This document shows, piece after piece, positions 38,576 to 48,472 of a DNA stretch of 64,000 nt; position 1 is the stretch's first letter, and every line of letters begins with the position of its first letter. The translations under genes and the position numbers were made by a program. The stretch covers positions 20,329 to 84,328 of the forward strand of contig JAFGLY010000114.1 of NCBI GenBank assembly GCA_016927815.1. The letters run 5' to 3'. The notes below the pieces were generated by a model. That model was not told where the DNA came from, searched no databases, and worked only from the letters and a program-made list of their open reading frames with translations. This DNA comes from Deltaproteobacteria bacterium (GTDB taxonomy: Bacteria; Myxococcota_A; UBA796; JAFGLY01).

Positions 38576-39799
38576 ATGCCCCAGTTTGCCTACGAGGGAC
38601 GGACTCCGGCGGGCGATGCCCGACGCGGTGAGATCACCGCCGCCAGCCTCGACGCCGCACGGGCGCGACTCCGGCAGATGCAGATCGATCCCACGACCCT
38701 CCGTAGGAAGAGCCTGTGGTCGGCGGAACTCCACCTGCCCCGCATCGGGTTCCTGAAGCCGCGGGTCACCAACAAGGATCTGGTGATCTTCACGCGGCAG
38801 TTCGCCACGATGATCGACTCCGGCCTCCCGCTGGTCCAGTGCCTGGAGATCCAGGCCCAGCAGGCGCCCAATCCCACGCTCCGCGAGGAGATTCGGGTCG
38901 TCAAGGAGGCCGTGGAGAGCGGATCCACCTTCGCGGACGCGCTGCACAAGTTCCCCCGCACGTTCGACGATCTCTACCAGAACCTCGTGGCTGCGGGCGA
39001 GATGGGCGGCATCCTCGACACCATCCTCAACCGACTCGCCATTCAACTGGAGAAGACCGAGAAGCTGCGCCGGCAGATCCGCGGCGCCATGACCTACCCG
39101 GCGATCGTCTTCACGGTGGGCATCGGGGTCGTGGCCCTCCTTCTCCTCGAGGTGGTGCCCACCTTCGAGTCCATGTTCGCGGAGTTCGAGCGGACCCTCC
39201 CTGTGCCGACCCAGTGGACGATCGCGCTCTCGCAGTGGCTGCAGCGGTACTTCTACGTCGTCCTTCTCGCCCTCCTTGGCACCGGGGTGCTCCTGCGCAC
39301 CCTCTACCAGCAGAGGTCCGGCCGCCTCGTGGTCGATCGCTTGCTCCTCCGCACACCGGCGGTGGGCGATCTGCTCCGCAAGACCGCGGTCGCCCGCTTC
39401 TGCCGCACCCTGGGCACCATGATCTCCTCGGGCGTGCCCATTCTCGACGCCCTGGACATCTGCGGAAAGACAGCCGGGAACCTCGTCATCGAGAATGCCA
39501 TCGCCCGGGCGCGGGACTCCATCGCCGAGGGCCGTTCCATCGCGGAGCCGCTCCTGGCCACCCGGGTCTTCCCGGAGATGGTGTGCCAGATGATCAGCGT
39601 GGGCGAGGCCACCGGCGCCCTCGACGTCATGCTCGGGAAGGTCGCGGACTTCTACGAGGACGAGGTGGACCACGCCGTCGACACCCTCACGAGCGTGATG
39701 CAGCCCGTCATCATCGTGTGCCTCGCGATCTTCGTCGGCGGCTTCGCCATCTCGATGTACCTGCCGATCTTCACGATGGCCTCGGGAATTCAGCAGTAG
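38576..39799 (+). CDS. pilC: Type IV pilus platform protein (GspF family)
   Basis: Motifs FTRQFATMIDSGLPL, AGEMGGILD, AMTYP, GEATGALD.ML.KVADFYE, MYLPIF. Confidence 0.95.
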   Translation: MPQFAYEGRTPAGDARRGEITAASLDAARARLRQMQIDPTTLRRKSLWSAELHLPRIGFLKPRVTNKDLVIFTRQFATMIDSGLPLVQCLEIQAQQAPNPTLREEIRVVKEAVESGSTFADALHKFPRTFDDLYQNLVAAGEMGGILDTILNRLAIQLEKTEKLRRQIRGAMTYPAIVFTVGIGVVALLLLEVVPTFESMFAEFERTLPVPTQWTIALSQWLQRYFYVVLLALLGTGVLLRTLYQQRSGRLVVDRLLLRTPAVGDLLRKTAVARFCRTLGTMISSGVPILDALDICGKTAGNLVIENAIARARDSIAEGRSIAEPLLATRVFPEMVCQMISVGEATGALDVMLGKVADFYEDEVDHAVDTLTSVMQPVIIVCLAIFVGGFAISMYLPIFTMASGIQQ

Positions 39800-39824
39800 C
39801 CCTGGGCCGCGTCCCGGTGCCATC

Positions 39825-41396
39825 ATGACCGATCCAAGCCCGACCGCCTCCTCGCCTGCGGCCGGATTGATCCTGCGCAGGCGCGTCACCGCCTACATCC
39901 TGATCCGCCTCCTGGTGGTCTCGAGCCTCCTGGCGCTGGTGGCCTCCATCGTCCTTAGGGAACCCGGGACGCTGCCCGTGACCCGTGGGCTCTTCCCCCT
40001 GGCCGCGATCACCCTTGCGTTCCTGGCCGTCAGCGCGGCCTTGGTGCGTACGGTGAGCGCGCTCGATCGATTCGTCCTGGTGCAACTGCTCTTCGACGCC
40101 GTGTTCCTCACGGTGCTCGTGGTCCTGACCGGCAGGGGGAGCAGCATCTTCGTCGTGCTCTACTTCATGAACATCATCGCCGCGGCGTACCTCACGTCGG
40201 GACGCATCGCGATCCTCGTCGTCGCCGTCGATGCGTTGGCCTACGCCGGCGTCAACGCGGCGGAGCTGGGGACGATCCTCCTCGCGACCTCGACACCCGG
40301 CGCCCTCACGGCGGTGGCCGACGAGATCCTCCGGATCCTCGCGTTCGTCCTCGTGGGCGTCTTGAGCGTGGGCCTCGCCAACCGCGTCCGGAGCGCCGAC
40401 CGGGCGCTCGTGGCCCAGGTCGAGACCACGCGCGCCCTGGAGGAGGAGCACGGCCTCGTGCTCCAGAGCGTCGCCTCAGGCATCCTCGTGGTGGGGTCGG
40501 AGGGCCGGATCCGCTCGGCCAACCCGGCTGCCGAGGCCATCCTGGGGTCCGTGGTGGGGTGCGATCTCGCGGACGTGATGCCCGGCCTCGCTCCGGAGGC
40601 AGCGACCCAGGACCTGGCCGTGGGGTCCGACCCACGGATCCTGGTCTGCTCCCAGAGCCCCTTGGGCGAAGCCGGTGCGTCCGTGGTGGTCTTCGAGGAC
40701 GTCACCCACCTACGGGAGGTGGAGGCGGAGGCGGAACGGGAGGAGCGTCTGGCCGGGGTGGGCCGCATCGCAGCGGCCATCGCGCACGAGATCCGGAACC
40801 CGCTCGCCAGCCTGTCGGGGGCCATCCAGCTCCTGGCCGAGGACCGGCCCGGTCCGCTGGTGGACATCGCCACCAGCGAGGTGCGCCGCCTGAACGACCT
40901 GGTCGGAGACTTCCTGGACCTGGCCCGCCCGGAGGTCATCTCCCCACGATCCGTCGATGCGGACGCCCTGGTACGGGAGGTCGCAAGAGACTTCGGTGCG
41001 GATCCACGCTACCGGGACTCCGTGCGGGTGGAGGTGGCGGGCGGGATCCCGCATCCGATCGTGGCCGACCCGGATCGGCTCCAGCAGATGGTCTGGAACC
41101 TCTTGCTCAACGCGGCCCAGGCCATGCCCCGGGGCGGACCGGTGCGCCTCGTCACCGCGCTGGACGACGGCCTCGTCCACATCAGCGTCCAGGACGAGGG
41201 GATGGGGATGTCCGAGTCCGATCGGGCCCGGCTGTTCGATCCCTTCTTCACCACGCGGCGGGGAGGAACGGGCCTGGGCCTGGCCAACGTGGATCGGTTG
41301 ATGCGCGCCCACGGCGGCCGAGTGGACGTGCGGTCCGAGCCTGGACGAGGGTCGTGTTTCACCCTCGTCTTCCCCCGCCAGCCTCCGAACGGGTAG
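39825..41396 (+). CDS. pilS: PilS-like membrane sensor histidine kinase
   Basis: About six TM helices, a PAS-like region, AHEIRNPLAS, NLLLNA, FFTT..GGTGLGL; lies between pilC and pilR. Confidence 0.88.
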   Translation: MTDPSPTASSPAAGLILRRRVTAYILIRLLVVSSLLALVASIVLREPGTLPVTRGLFPLAAITLAFLAVSAALVRTVSALDRFVLVQLLFDAVFLTVLVVLTGRGSSIFVVLYFMNIIAAAYLTSGRIAILVVAVDALAYAGVNAAELGTILLATSTPGALTAVADEILRILAFVLVGVLSVGLANRVRSADRALVAQVETTRALEEEHGLVLQSVASGILVVGSEGRIRSANPAAEAILGSVVGCDLADVMPGLAPEAATQDLAVGSDPRILVCSQSPLGEAGASVVVFEDVTHLREVEAEAEREERLAGVGRIAAAIAHEIRNPLASLSGAIQLLAEDRPGPLVDIATSEVRRLNDLVGDFLDLARPEVISPRSVDADALVREVARDFGADPRYRDSVRVEVAGGIPHPIVADPDRLQQMVWNLLLNAAQAMPRGGPVRLVTALDDGLVHISVQDEGMGMSESDRARLFDPFFTTRRGGTGLGLANVDRLMRAHGGRVDVRSEPGRGSCFTLVFPRQPPNG

Positions 41397-41403
41397 GCGC
41401 TCC

Positions 41404-42792
41404 ATGTCCAGCTACCGCATCCTCGTCGTGGACGACGAACCCTCCATGCGAGACCTCCTTCGCATCCTGCTGGAGCGGGAGGGGTACGTGGTCCAGGCCC
41501 TGTCCACCGCCGAGGAAGCCCTCGAAGCCTTCGACGAGGATCCGCACGATTGCGTGGTCAGCGACATGAGCCTGCCCGGCGCCTCGGGCATCGACCTGCT
41601 GCGCGACGTCAAGGCCCGAGCCGCGGCCGGCGCGCGCGACGTGCCGGTCATCGTCGTCACCGCCTACGGTACGACGGAGAGCGCCGTGGAAGCCATGAAG
41701 ATCGGCGCCTTCGACTACGTGATGAAACCCTTCTCCAACGACGAGCTGAAGCTCATCGTCCGCCGGGCCCTGGAGACCCGCCAGCTCAAGGAGGAGAACC
41801 TCGCGCTCAAGCAGGCGCTGCAGGACCGCTACCACTACGGTACGCTGGTGGGCTCGAGCCCCGCCATGGCGGAGGTCTACAGTCTCGTGGAGCGGGTCAA
41901 GGACACCCGGATCTCCTGTCTCATCGTGGGCGAGTCGGGCACGGGCAAGGAGCTGGTGGCCCGGGCCATCCACTACAGCGGCACCCGGTCGGGCGGACCT
42001 TTCGTGCCGGTCAACTGCGGAGCCATTCCCGAGACCCTCATCGAGAGCGAGCTGTTCGGGTACCGAAAGGGCGCCTTCACGGGCGCCGTGAGGGATCGGG
42101 CCGGGCTGTTCGAGGCGGCCTCCGGCGGCACGCTCTTCCTGGACGAGATCGGGGAGATGCCGCTCATGACCCAGGTCAAGCTGCTCCGGGCCATCCAGGA
42201 GCGCCGAATCCTGCCCGTGGGCGGCACCGCGGAGCGGGAGGTGGACGTCCGGATCCTGGCCTCCACCAACAAGGATCTCCAGCAGGAGGTCGAGCGCGGC
42301 ACCTTCCGGGAGGATCTCTACTACCGGATCAACGTGGTCACCCTCCCGGTCCCCGCACTGGCGCTGCGTGGCGACGACATCCTCGAGCTGACCCGCCACT
42401 TCGTGACCCGGTACGCCCGGGAGTACGGCAAGGCTGTCGAGGGACTCACTCCAGATGCGGCGAACCTGCTCCGGCGCTACCCCTTCCCGGGGAACGTGCG
42501 GGAGCTGCAGAACATCGTCGAGCGCGCCGTGGCGCTCTCCGCAGGACCCCGGATCGGACCGGAGGCGCTGCCCGGGCGCGTCCAGGAGGTCGATCGGCCA
42601 GCCGATGAGATCGACGGCATGCCCGACGAGGGCATCGACCTGGAGGCCCGCCTCCAGGCCGTGGAGCGGCACTGGCTGCTCAAGGCCCTGGATCGGGCCG
42701 GCGGGAACCGCACCCAGGCGGCCAGGCTCCTGGGTCTCACGTTCCGTTCGTTCCGCTACCGTCTCCAGAAGCACGGCCTGGCCTCCGAGTAG
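41404..42792 (+). CDS. pilR: Sigma54-dependent response regulator PilR
   Basis: Receiver domain; GESGTGKE; ELFGY.KGAFTGA; FREDLYYR; Fis-type HTH ending [10 protein letters not shown]. Confidence 0.92.
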   Translation: MSSYRILVVDDEPSMRDLLRILLEREGYVVQALSTAEEALEAFDEDPHDCVVSDMSLPGASGIDLLRDVKARAAAGARDVPVIVVTAYGTTESAVEAMKIGAFDYVMKPFSNDELKLIVRRALETRQLKEENLALKQALQDRYHYGTLVGSSPAMAEVYSLVERVKDTRISCLIVGESGTGKELVARAIHYSGTRSGGPFVPVNCGAIPETLIESELFGYRKGAFTGAVRDRAGLFEAASGGTLFLDEIGEMPLMTQVKLLRAIQERRILPVGGTAEREVDVRILASTNKDLQQEVERGTFREDLYYRINVVTLPVPALALRGDDILELTRHFVTRYAREYGKAVEGLTPDAANLLRRYPFPGNVRELQNIVERAVALSAGPRIGPEALPGRVQEVDRPADEIDGMPDEGIDLEARLQAVERHWLLKALDRAGGNRTQAARLLGLTFRSFRYRLQKHGLASE

Positions 42793-42805
42793 GGAGTCCC
42801 GGATG

Positions 42806-42840
42806 TGACGTTCCGTGTCATGGGTGACATTTCTTGTCAC
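42806..42840. promoter_or_regulatory. Two tandem TGAC-N7-GTCA palindromes, candidate PilR enhancer
   Basis: TGAC-GTTCCGT-GTCA at 42806-42820 and GTGACA-TTTCT-TGTCAC at 42824-42840. Confidence 0.65.
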
Positions 42841-42893
42841 CCTCCTGGCCCTCGATCCGGGTTTTTCCCGTGCACCGGCCGGCCTCGGAGGGG

Positions 42894-42909
42894 TGGCACG
42901 GTTCTTGAT
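42894..42909 (+). promoter_or_regulatory. Sigma54 promoter of pilA
   Basis: TGGCAC-GGTTC-TTGAT: perfect -24 box and variant -12 box, upstream of the pilin and downstream of a sigma54 activator gene. Confidence 0.7.
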
Positions 42910-42954
42910 AGACTTCGCAGGGCGCGTGTTCACCCCCTCATCCAGGAGTACCCG

Positions 42955-43389
42955 ATGCGCAAGGGATTCACCCTCGTCGAGCTCATGATCGTGGTGGCCA
43001 TCATCGGCATCCTCTCGGCCATCGCCATCCCCAACTTCGTGGCGATGCAGTACCGCGCCAAGCGGGCCGAGGTCCCCACCAACGTAGATGGCATCAAGAC
43101 GGCCGAGATCGCCTACGACGCAGCGTTCGACACCTACGTGCCCGCAGCTCCGGCCCCGGACGACACCCCGGCCAAGGCGGCCCGGGACTGGACCTACCCC
43201 GAGGACTTCCAGGCCATCGGTTGGGAGCCTTCGGGCAAGGTCCGCGGCAGCTACTCGGTCACGATGCCGGGCGTCACCAACTTCCTGGTGACCGGTGACT
43301 GCGACGTGGACGGCGACACGACCAAGTCCACCTACACGGCGACGAAGTCCCTCGGCGCCGCGATGACCACGCCCCAGGACGTGTACTAG
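42955..43389 (+). CDS. pilA: Type IVa major pilin
   Basis: MRKG|FTLVELMIVVAIIGILSAIAIPNF; AGGAG RBS. Confidence 0.93.
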   Translation: MRKGFTLVELMIVVAIIGILSAIAIPNFVAMQYRAKRAEVPTNVDGIKTAEIAYDAAFDTYVPAAPAPDDTPAKAARDWTYPEDFQAIGWEPSGKVRGSYSVTMPGVTNFLVTGDCDVDGDTTKSTYTATKSLGAAMTTPQDVY

Positions 43390-43392
43390 CCA

Positions 43393-43414
43393 CGGCCCCG
43401 GCTGCACGGGGCCG
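43393..43414 (+). terminator. GC-rich hairpin after pilA (terminator or mRNA-stabilising stem)
   Basis: CGGCCCCG-GCTGCA-CGGGGCCG, 8-bp stem, no U-tract. Confidence 0.45.
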
Positions 43415-43448
43415 GCCACGGCGCCCGTGCAAGGATAGGCTGTCGGGT

Positions 43449-45557
43449 ATGACCGGGCTCGACCCGCACCCGACCGGGAGGCAGCCACCGGTGGTTCCCG
43501 GACCTGTCCAGGAGGAGGTGCAGCTCCTCGGTAGGGTCCGGCGGTACCTCGAGGAGCACCCCGAGCCTCCGGCGATCACCGGCCGGGATGTCCTGAGGGA
43601 GATGGCCGAGCTGAGGGAGAGCGCCTTCGACGCCAAGGAGGAGGATCTCCCGGCGCTCTTCCAGCACTACGACCAGCTGGCCTCCCGAGCCCGCGTCGTC
43701 GGGGCCGACGTCGGGCGTCCCCCCGTGGACCCAGACTGCCCCTACTTCGCCCACCTCCGGCTCCAGGAAGACCGGCGGACGCGGGATCTCTTCATCGGCC
43801 GGGGCACGCGCATCGAGCCCGGGCTCCGAATCGTGGACTGGCGGGACGCGCCCGTGAGCACGATCTTCTACCGCTACCAGGAGGGCGAGGAGTTCGAGGA
43901 GCAGGTGGGGGACGTCGTCCTTCAGGGCACGGTGGCCGCACGGCGGATCGTGGGGGTGGCCGGTGGGGAGTTGCAGCGCGTGGACTGCCCCCAGGGGTCC
44001 TGGGTGCGGGAGGACGGTGCCTGGATCCCGCTCGCACGGCCCCCGCCTTCTCTGTCCGGCGGGGCAGGATCTGCATATCGGGCGGGAGATGCTCAAAAAT
44101 CTCGCCTGGGCACCGGGCTCGCCCACCGTGCCGACAAGCACCTCCCGGAGATCGCCGCCTTGATCGATCCCCGGCAGTTCGACCTCGTGACCCGGCCCGG
44201 AAGCGGGATCGTGGCCATCCGAGGCACGGCCGGAAGCGGGAAGACCACGGTGGCGCTGCACCGGATCGCCTGGCTCGTGCACGCGGATCCCGAGCGCTTC
44301 CGGCCGTCCCGGATGCTCGTCCTGGTCTGGGGACGGGCGCTCAAGAACTACGTGGCCCACGTCCTGCCTGCCCTCGGCGTGGAGGGCGTTCGCGTGGAGA
44401 CCTGGGAGGCATGGGCCCGCTCCTTGCGGCTGCGCCTGTTCTCGCGGCTGCCCAAGGCCTGCCGGGAGGACTCCCCGGGCAGCCTGCAGCGGATCAAGCT
44501 CCATCCCGTGTTCGAGACCGTCCTGGAGCGTCGGATCCGGACGCGCCTCGCGCCGCCCGGAATGGCGTCGGCGCTCGACGACTTCGTGAGCCTCCTCTCG
44601 GACACCGAGGCCACCTTGAGGGTGTTCGAGGATCTCGCGCCGGGCGCCCTGCCGAGACCCACACTCGTGGCGGCCGGCCGGGAGATGGCCGACCAGGCCT
44701 CCCGCCTCCGGGCCTGGCTCGACGGCGACCGTTCGGCGGGCTCGATCCTGGACTGCGAGGACGACGCGCTTCTCCTCCGTGCATGGCAACTGCGCGTCGG
44801 CCCCCTGCGCGGCCCGGACCACCGGCCCGTACGTCACGCCCACGTGCTTGTGGACGAGGTCCAGGACTTCGCCCCCTTGGAGCTCCGGGTCGCCCTGGGC
44901 ACGCTCGACGACGGTCGGTGCGCCACCCTGGCGGGCGACACCGCGCAGCACATCGTGGACGTTGCGGGCTTCACGGACTGGAAAGCGCTCTTCGACCACC
45001 TGGACGTGCAGGGCACCGTGGTGGAGACGTTGCGCGTGTCCTACCGCTCCACGCGCGAGATCGCGGAGTTCGGCCGCCGCCTCCTGGGCCCCCATGCGGA
45101 CGCGGAACCACCCCCTCGCACGATCCGGGCCGGCCCGCCCGTGGAGATCCTGCGGTTCACCGATCACGGGGCCCTGGTGGCCCTGCTCGCGGACACGCTC
45201 CGCAACCTCTCCCGGTCCGAGCCCCTCGCGAGCGTGGCGCTCATCGCCCCGGATGAGGCCTGTGCACGCCTCGTCTACGAGGGGCTGCTCCGGGCTGAGG
45301 TGCCCCGCCTGAGGCTGGTGCTCGACCAGGACTTCTCCTTCGCCCCCGGCGTCGAGGTGACGCTCGCGCGGGACGTCAAGGGGCTGGAGTTCGACTACGT
45401 GGTCCTGCTCGACACGAGCGCTCGGCACTATCCCGACACCGACACCGCGCGGCGTGTCCTCCACGTGGGAGCCACTCGGGCCATCCACCAGCTCTGGGTC
45501 ACGGTCACCGGCACTCCGGCTGCCGCCGTCCGGCCGTTCCTCGGGGCTCCCGGATGA
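43449..45557 (+). CDS. HelD-like SF1 helicase/ATPase
   Basis: PYFAHL, IVDWRDAPVSTIFY, GTAGSGKTTVALHRIAWL, VDEVQD, GDTAQ, SYRST, KGLEFD, TRA. Confidence 0.85.
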   Translation: MTGLDPHPTGRQPPVVPGPVQEEVQLLGRVRRYLEEHPEPPAITGRDVLREMAELRESAFDAKEEDLPALFQHYDQLASRARVVGADVGRPPVDPDCPYFAHLRLQEDRRTRDLFIGRGTRIEPGLRIVDWRDAPVSTIFYRYQEGEEFEEQVGDVVLQGTVAARRIVGVAGGELQRVDCPQGSWVREDGAWIPLARPPPSLSGGAGSAYRAGDAQKSRLGTGLAHRADKHLPEIAALIDPRQFDLVTRPGSGIVAIRGTAGSGKTTVALHRIAWLVHADPERFRPSRMLVLVWGRALKNYVAHVLPALGVEGVRVETWEAWARSLRLRLFSRLPKACREDSPGSLQRIKLHPVFETVLERRIRTRLAPPGMASALDDFVSLLSDTEATLRVFEDLAPGALPRPTLVAAGREMADQASRLRAWLDGDRSAGSILDCEDDALLLRAWQLRVGPLRGPDHRPVRHAHVLVDEVQDFAPLELRVALGTLDDGRCATLAGDTAQHIVDVAGFTDWKALFDHLDVQGTVVETLRVSYRSTREIAEFGRRLLGPHADAEPPPRTIRAGPPVEILRFTDHGALVALLADTLRNLSRSEPLASVALIAPDEACARLVYEGLLRAEVPRLRLVLDQDFSFAPGVEVTLARDVKGLEFDYVVLLDTSARHYPDTDTARRVLHVGATRAIHQLWVTVTGTPAAAVRPFLGAPG

Positions 45558-46549
45558 GTCGTGCGGAGGCGGTCCGGGCCCGCCTGACCCAAGACGCCCT
45601 CGACCGGTTCGCCGCCCTCGCGGTCGACGATGGTCTCTCCCGTTCCCTCGCCGAGCTGGCGGCCTCCCCGATCGTCGCCGAGGTCCTGGCCCGAGCCCTC
45701 CGCCAGGCCGCCGGGCGCCCCGAAACCGCCGAGGGTCTCCGAGCAGAGGTCCGTCGGCTGGCCGCCCGTGCGGCTGCGCCGGTCCATCCGCGTGCCCGGC
45801 TCCGGCAGCGGATTCCCAAGGAGATCACCGATCCTCTGCGCCATCTCCTCGCCGATCCCTGGGTGCCCGAAGAGGACCTGGTGCTGCGCCTCATCGACCA
45901 CGAGGCCATGCGCTTCCTGGTCCAGGAGGTGCTGCAGGAGAGCGCGGTCGGCCTGGTGCGCCGCCTGCGCGCCCTGGCTCCGGAGCGGCTGCCGGCCCTC
46001 GGGCGGGCGGTGCGGCGGACCTCGGTGGGTCACGGGCTGTCCCGCTTGAAGGCGATCGGATCCGGGATGGTCTCGGCGGTGGGCAGCGAGATCGAGGAGC
46101 ACCTGGAGCAGCGGGCTCGCGAGTTCGTGGGGCAGGGCATCCGTGCCGCCCTGCTGCGCGTGGCCAGGCTGTTGACCGACCCGGCGCGCGCAGGCACGCT
46201 GGCGGACTGGAGGGCCCACCTCCTCGACGCCGTGCTCGACACGAGCGACGCCGCATGGGCACGGGAGGCTCGCAAGACCGACCCGGATCGCCTGGCCGGC
46301 GCCCTCCTCGAGGGGATCGAGAGACTGGCAGCGCGACCGGACCTGCAGGCCGTCCTCGAGGATCTCCTGGCCCGCGCCACGGGCGCCTGGTCGCAGGGCA
46401 CGCTGGGCGATCGGCTCGAAGCGGCCGGGCTCCTCGATCCGTTCCGCGAGGCCGCGACGGCCCTGGTGAGGGAACGGGCTGCCCGGCTCGTGGAGACGCC
46501 CGCGTTCCAGGTTTTCCTGGACGATCTCCTCGAGGACCGGTCCACGTGA
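45554..46549 (+). CDS. Hypothetical all-helical protein
   Basis: Overlaps both neighbours by 4 nt; Ala/Leu/Arg-rich amphipathic helices. Confidence 0.7.
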   Translation: MSRAEAVRARLTQDALDRFAALAVDDGLSRSLAELAASPIVAEVLARALRQAAGRPETAEGLRAEVRRLAARAAAPVHPRARLRQRIPKEITDPLRHLLADPWVPEEDLVLRLIDHEAMRFLVQEVLQESAVGLVRRLRALAPERLPALGRAVRRTSVGHGLSRLKAIGSGMVSAVGSEIEEHLEQRAREFVGQGIRAALLRVARLLTDPARAGTLADWRAHLLDAVLDTSDAAWAREARKTDPDRLAGALLEGIERLAARPDLQAVLEDLLARATGAWSQGTLGDRLEAAGLLDPFREAATALVRERAARLVETPAFQVFLDDLLEDRST

Positions 46550-48435
46550 TCCCTTGGGCCCTCCTCCTCCTGGGCGCTTGCGCCGACAGCACGAGGAACG
46601 CGCCGGCCGTACCCGATCTCCCCCCCACGGCCCGCGCAGACCTGGTCCGCATGCTCGCCGAGGACCGTGCTGCCGTGCGCCATCCCTCCGACGGCGGGGG
46701 CTCGGCCCGGCTGGTGGAGGGCACACCCGCCGTGGCCGGCCGTACCGGTACCTGGACGCTCTCGTACACCACCGGCCCGCTCGGCATCGCCGAGGGCGGG
46801 ATGCTCTTCCTCCAGGTCTCGCCGTTCTGGGGCTGGAGCTCGCCCCAGGTCCAGGATCCCCTCGGAGCGGGATTCACCGAGGTCTCCACCACGGCCTCGG
46901 GTGTAGTCCTCGAGCCCGAGGGGCTCGGCACCCAACTCCTGGCCGTCCGGGTGCGAGGACGGGCTCTCGAGGAGGGGGAGGCGGTCGGGTTCCGGTACGG
47001 GGCTGGCCCGGCCGGGGCGCTGGCCGACCGGTACGCGGAGGGCGCCTCCCGCTTCTGGTTCGGGGTGGATGGCGACGGTGACGGGGTGAGGGCCCTCCTG
47101 CCCGACGCACCGTCGGTGGCCGTCGCGCCTGGCCCGGCCGCCGGGATCCTCGCCACGCTCCCCTCCACCGCCCGGCCCGGCGAGGAGGTCCGCCTGGCCG
47201 TAGCCGTCCTCGACGGACAGGGCAACGCGGGCGTTCGCTTCGAGGGCACCCTCGCTCTCGATGCGGATCCGGCGTTGGAGGTGCCCTCTGAAATCCGGAT
47301 CGGCCCCGCCGACGGCGGGACCGCGTGGGTGTCTGCCCGCGTGTCCGGGGAAGGTACGGCCCGCGTCCGCGTGTCCGGGCCGGGCGGGCTCGCCGGACTC
47401 TCCAACCCGATCCTGATCTCGGCCGCCGTCCCCCGCGTGCTCTGGGGCGATCCGCACGGCCACGGCGACCTCTCCGACGGTACGGGCCGGCCGGCCGACT
47501 GGTACCGCTACGCACAAGACGTGGCCGCACTCGACTTCGCCGCCCTGACCGAGCACGACCACTGGGGACCATGGCCGCTCGATACCCGGCCCGACCTGTG
47601 GGCGGAGATCCAGGCCGCGGCCAGGGCCGCGCACGAGCCCGGCCGGTTCGTGACGTTCGTCGGGTACGAGTGGACCTCCTGGATCCACGGCCACCGGCAC
47701 GTCCTCTTCCCGGGCGACGGGGGCACGATGTTCTCGTCGCTCTCAGAGGCCACCGACACCCCCGCGGAGCTGGTGGAGGCGCTTCGGCCGCTCGGCGCGG
47801 TGGCCATCCCGCACCACCCTGCCGGCGGGCCGGTGGCCGTGGACGCCTCCGAAACCTGGGATCCCGAGGTGGTGCCGGTGGTGGAGGTGGCCAGCGTACA
47901 CGGCTCCAGCGAGGCCGACGACGTGCCGGGCGCCATCTACGACGCGGTGCCGGGGCGCTGGGTGAGGGAACTGGTGGCCTCGGGTACGGCACCTGGATTC
48001 GTGGGCGGTGGGGACGGACACGACGGCCACCCGGGCCTCGCGCAACTGGCGGGCGGCCGGGGAGGGGTCACCGCGGTCCTCGACGCCGACCTCACCCGCG
48101 AGGGCATCCTGTCGGCCTTCCGGACCCACCGGGTCTACGCCACGAACGGCCCCCGCATCGTGTTGTTCACGACGCTGGACGGACATCCCATGGGGAGCCT
48201 TGTCGCCGTGTCCGGCGAGGCCGTCCTCCGGATCTTCGCCCTGGGCACGACCGATCTCGATGCCGTGGACGTGGTTCGATCGGGCACCGTCACTCCGCTC
48301 GACGCCGGCCGCCAGGCGGTCTTCGAGGGCACCGTCCCGCTCACCGGTTTCGAGCCGGGGGAGACCGTCTACGTACGGGTTCGGCAGGTGGACGGCGGCA
48401 TGGCCTGGTCGAGCCCGTTCCGGATCGCGCCCTGA
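46546..48435 (+). CDS. PHP-fold metallohydrolase lipoprotein (CehA/McbA or DUF3604-like)
   Basis: GTG start; lipobox LGAC; WGDPHGHGDLSDG, LDFAALTEHD, GYEWT, GHRHV, IPHH, GGGDGH, YATNGPR, AWSSP. Confidence 0.82.
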   Translation: MIPWALLLLGACADSTRNAPAVPDLPPTARADLVRMLAEDRAAVRHPSDGGGSARLVEGTPAVAGRTGTWTLSYTTGPLGIAEGGMLFLQVSPFWGWSSPQVQDPLGAGFTEVSTTASGVVLEPEGLGTQLLAVRVRGRALEEGEAVGFRYGAGPAGALADRYAEGASRFWFGVDGDGDGVRALLPDAPSVAVAPGPAAGILATLPSTARPGEEVRLAVAVLDGQGNAGVRFEGTLALDADPALEVPSEIRIGPADGGTAWVSARVSGEGTARVRVSGPGGLAGLSNPILISAAVPRVLWGDPHGHGDLSDGTGRPADWYRYAQDVAALDFAALTEHDHWGPWPLDTRPDLWAEIQAAARAAHEPGRFVTFVGYEWTSWIHGHRHVLFPGDGGTMFSSLSEATDTPAELVEALRPLGAVAIPHHPAGGPVAVDASETWDPEVVPVVEVASVHGSSEADDVPGAIYDAVPGRWVRELVASGTAPGFVGGGDGHDGHPGLAQLAGGRGGVTAVLDADLTREGILSAFRTHRVYATNGPRIVLFTTLDGHPMGSLVAVSGEAVLRIFALGTTDLDAVDVVRSGTVTPLDAGRQAVFEGTVPLTGFEPGETVYVRVRQVDGGMAWSSPFRIAP

Positions 48436-48472
48436 TCGACCCTTCGCGACCCTTGCCGGGCGCCCGCGACGC

